Source of the DNA: Candidatus Atribacteria bacterium
GTDB taxonomy: Bacteria > Bipolaricaulota > Bipolaricaulia > UBA7950 > UBA9294
NCBI GenBank assembly: GCA_004525685.1
Contig: SPBW01000003.1
Location: 1-38,608 of the forward strand
DNA length: 38,608 bases
Direction of reading: 5' to 3'
Shown here: positions 37,851-38,608 of the stretch, piece after piece
How positions within the stretch are numbered: the stretch's first letter is position 1
Layout of the letters: every line of letters starts with the position of its first letter
Notes under the pieces: generated by a model
Told to the model about the DNA's origin: nothing
Database searches by the model: none
The model's input: only the letters and a program-made list of their open reading frames with translations
Translations under genes and position numbers: made by a program

Positions 37851-38465
37851 GTGGGAACGTTCCTCTTGGGAGCCATCTTGGTTTCCCTGTCAGGTGTCTT
37901 TGCACCTGGCCCAATGACTGCCGTGACTGTCGGTGAAGCGACTCGCTCTCCGCACGTGGGGGCATGGATCGCTATCGGGCATGGAATCATCGAGATTCCC
38001 CTGATGATTGGGGTTCTGTATGGGTTTGGCGCGGTACTGAATCTTCCCCTTGCGCAAACGCTGATTGGCCTGGTTGGAGGCTTATTCCTGCTGTTCATGG
38101 GAATTAACATGCTTCGTACGTTCAGGCACATGGAAGTCAAGCCGCAAACCTCAACCCGGCCGCCGATCATGACGGGGATCGTGCTCAGTGCCGCCAATCC
38201 CTACTTCCTCGTCTGGTGGGCAACCGTTGGGGCGACATTGATCGTGAAGTCTGTCGGCTTCGGTATCCTTGGATTCGCGTTATTCGCCGTGGCACACTGG
38301 TTGTGTGATTTCCTGTGGTGCTATTTTCTCTCAGCCGTTTCGTATCACGGGAGAAGCGTCTTTGGTGGAACCTTTCAACGGGTGATTCTCGTGGTATCTG
38401 GCGTCGGCCTGCTCTTCTTCAGCGGCAAGTTCCTGTTCGATGCGGTGAGACCTCTCTTCTCATAG
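37851..38465 (+). CDS. LysE family translocator (start uncertain; GTG 37851 most likely)
   Basis: SLSGVFAPGP, GHGIIE, GGLFLLFMG, ANPYFLVWW; about 6 hydrophobic segments. Confidence 0.88.
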   Translation: MGTFLLGAILVSLSGVFAPGPMTAVTVGEATRSPHVGAWIAIGHGIIEIPLMIGVLYGFGAVLNLPLAQTLIGLVGGLFLLFMGINMLRTFRHMEVKPQTSTRPPIMTGIVLSAANPYFLVWWATVGATLIVKSVGFGILGFALFAVAHWLCDFLWCYFLSAVSYHGRSVFGGTFQRVILVVSGVGLLFFSGKFLFDAVRPLFS

Positions 38466-38494
38466 CGACGCGGGTATTACACGGTTACAGCATA

Positions 38495-38608
38495 GAACTA
38501 GACATGCTCCTGGAGCATTTGCTCGATGACCTGGCTGTGGATATGCCCGCCCACGTTCTCGAAGCCATCGCTAAGATGCGCACGGGAGACAGAACCATCG
38601 AACCCGGC
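38495..38608 (+). pseudogene. Diverged duplicate of the endonuclease Q gene 3' end (continues past the window edge)
   Basis: Ungapped match to 36971-37084, 95/114 nt identical by manual count; encodes ELDMLLEHLLDDLAVDMPAHVLEAIAKMRTGDRTIEPG versus ELDILLEHSLDDLAVDTPGRVLEAIAKMRSGDITIEPG; no room for the 5' part of the gene. Confidence 0.85.

Noticed and set aside
37132-37936. ORF-track calls 37132..37509 (+), 37187..37456 (+), 37305..37691 (-), 37550..37936 (+) and the long N-terminus of 37695..38465
   Set aside because: No recognisable motifs; they overlap each other and run through palindromes and the better-supported micro-ORF unit.
36971-38608. endoQ 3' repeat pair as the template and variable repeats of a diversity-generating retroelement
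   Set aside because: The 19 differences involve all four bases and fall mostly at third codon positions rather than at adenines; no reverse transcriptase is present in the window.

Overview
Bacterial chromosomal window with two parts. (1) 1-21200 is a core cluster: the 3' part of rpoC, then a sigma70-type promoter and one continuous str-S10-spc-alpha superoperon (rpsL to rplQ, including secY, adk, map, infA, rpmJ and rpoA), closed by a strong terminator. It departs from the canonical layout in several ways. tuf is missing between fusA and rpsJ, and rpmD is missing between rpsE and rplO. uS11 lacks the conserved HNG-CRPP C-terminal tail. EF-G is divergent. RpoC has no trigger-loop insert but carries a ~220-aa multi-SBHM expansion of the jaw plus two extra BEAN/BBM2-like modules. 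The RpoC signatures resemble Thermotogota as I recall them, and together with the moderately high GC this suggests a deep-branching anaerobe such as Ca. Bipolaricaulota (inference, not tested). (2) 21200-38608 is an accessory region: SDR-type threonine dehydrogenase, AEC transporter, hydantoinase/oxoprolinase A+B (apparently leaderless), a lipoprotein, an atypical Fpg/Nei, an amidohydrolase, archaeal-looking hypCDE, an Asp-nucleophile alpha/beta hydrolase, DUF4438, and a translationally coupled ATL - PKD lipoprotein - EndoQ operon. hypC has an in-frame palindromic repeat tail. After endoQ comes a ~1.35-kb islet with a Lys-rich 22-aa micro-ORF, a perfect 20-bp palindrome and a LysE exporter, followed by a diverged second copy of the endoQ 3' end. 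No rRNA, tRNA, CRISPR array, integrase or transposase was seen.
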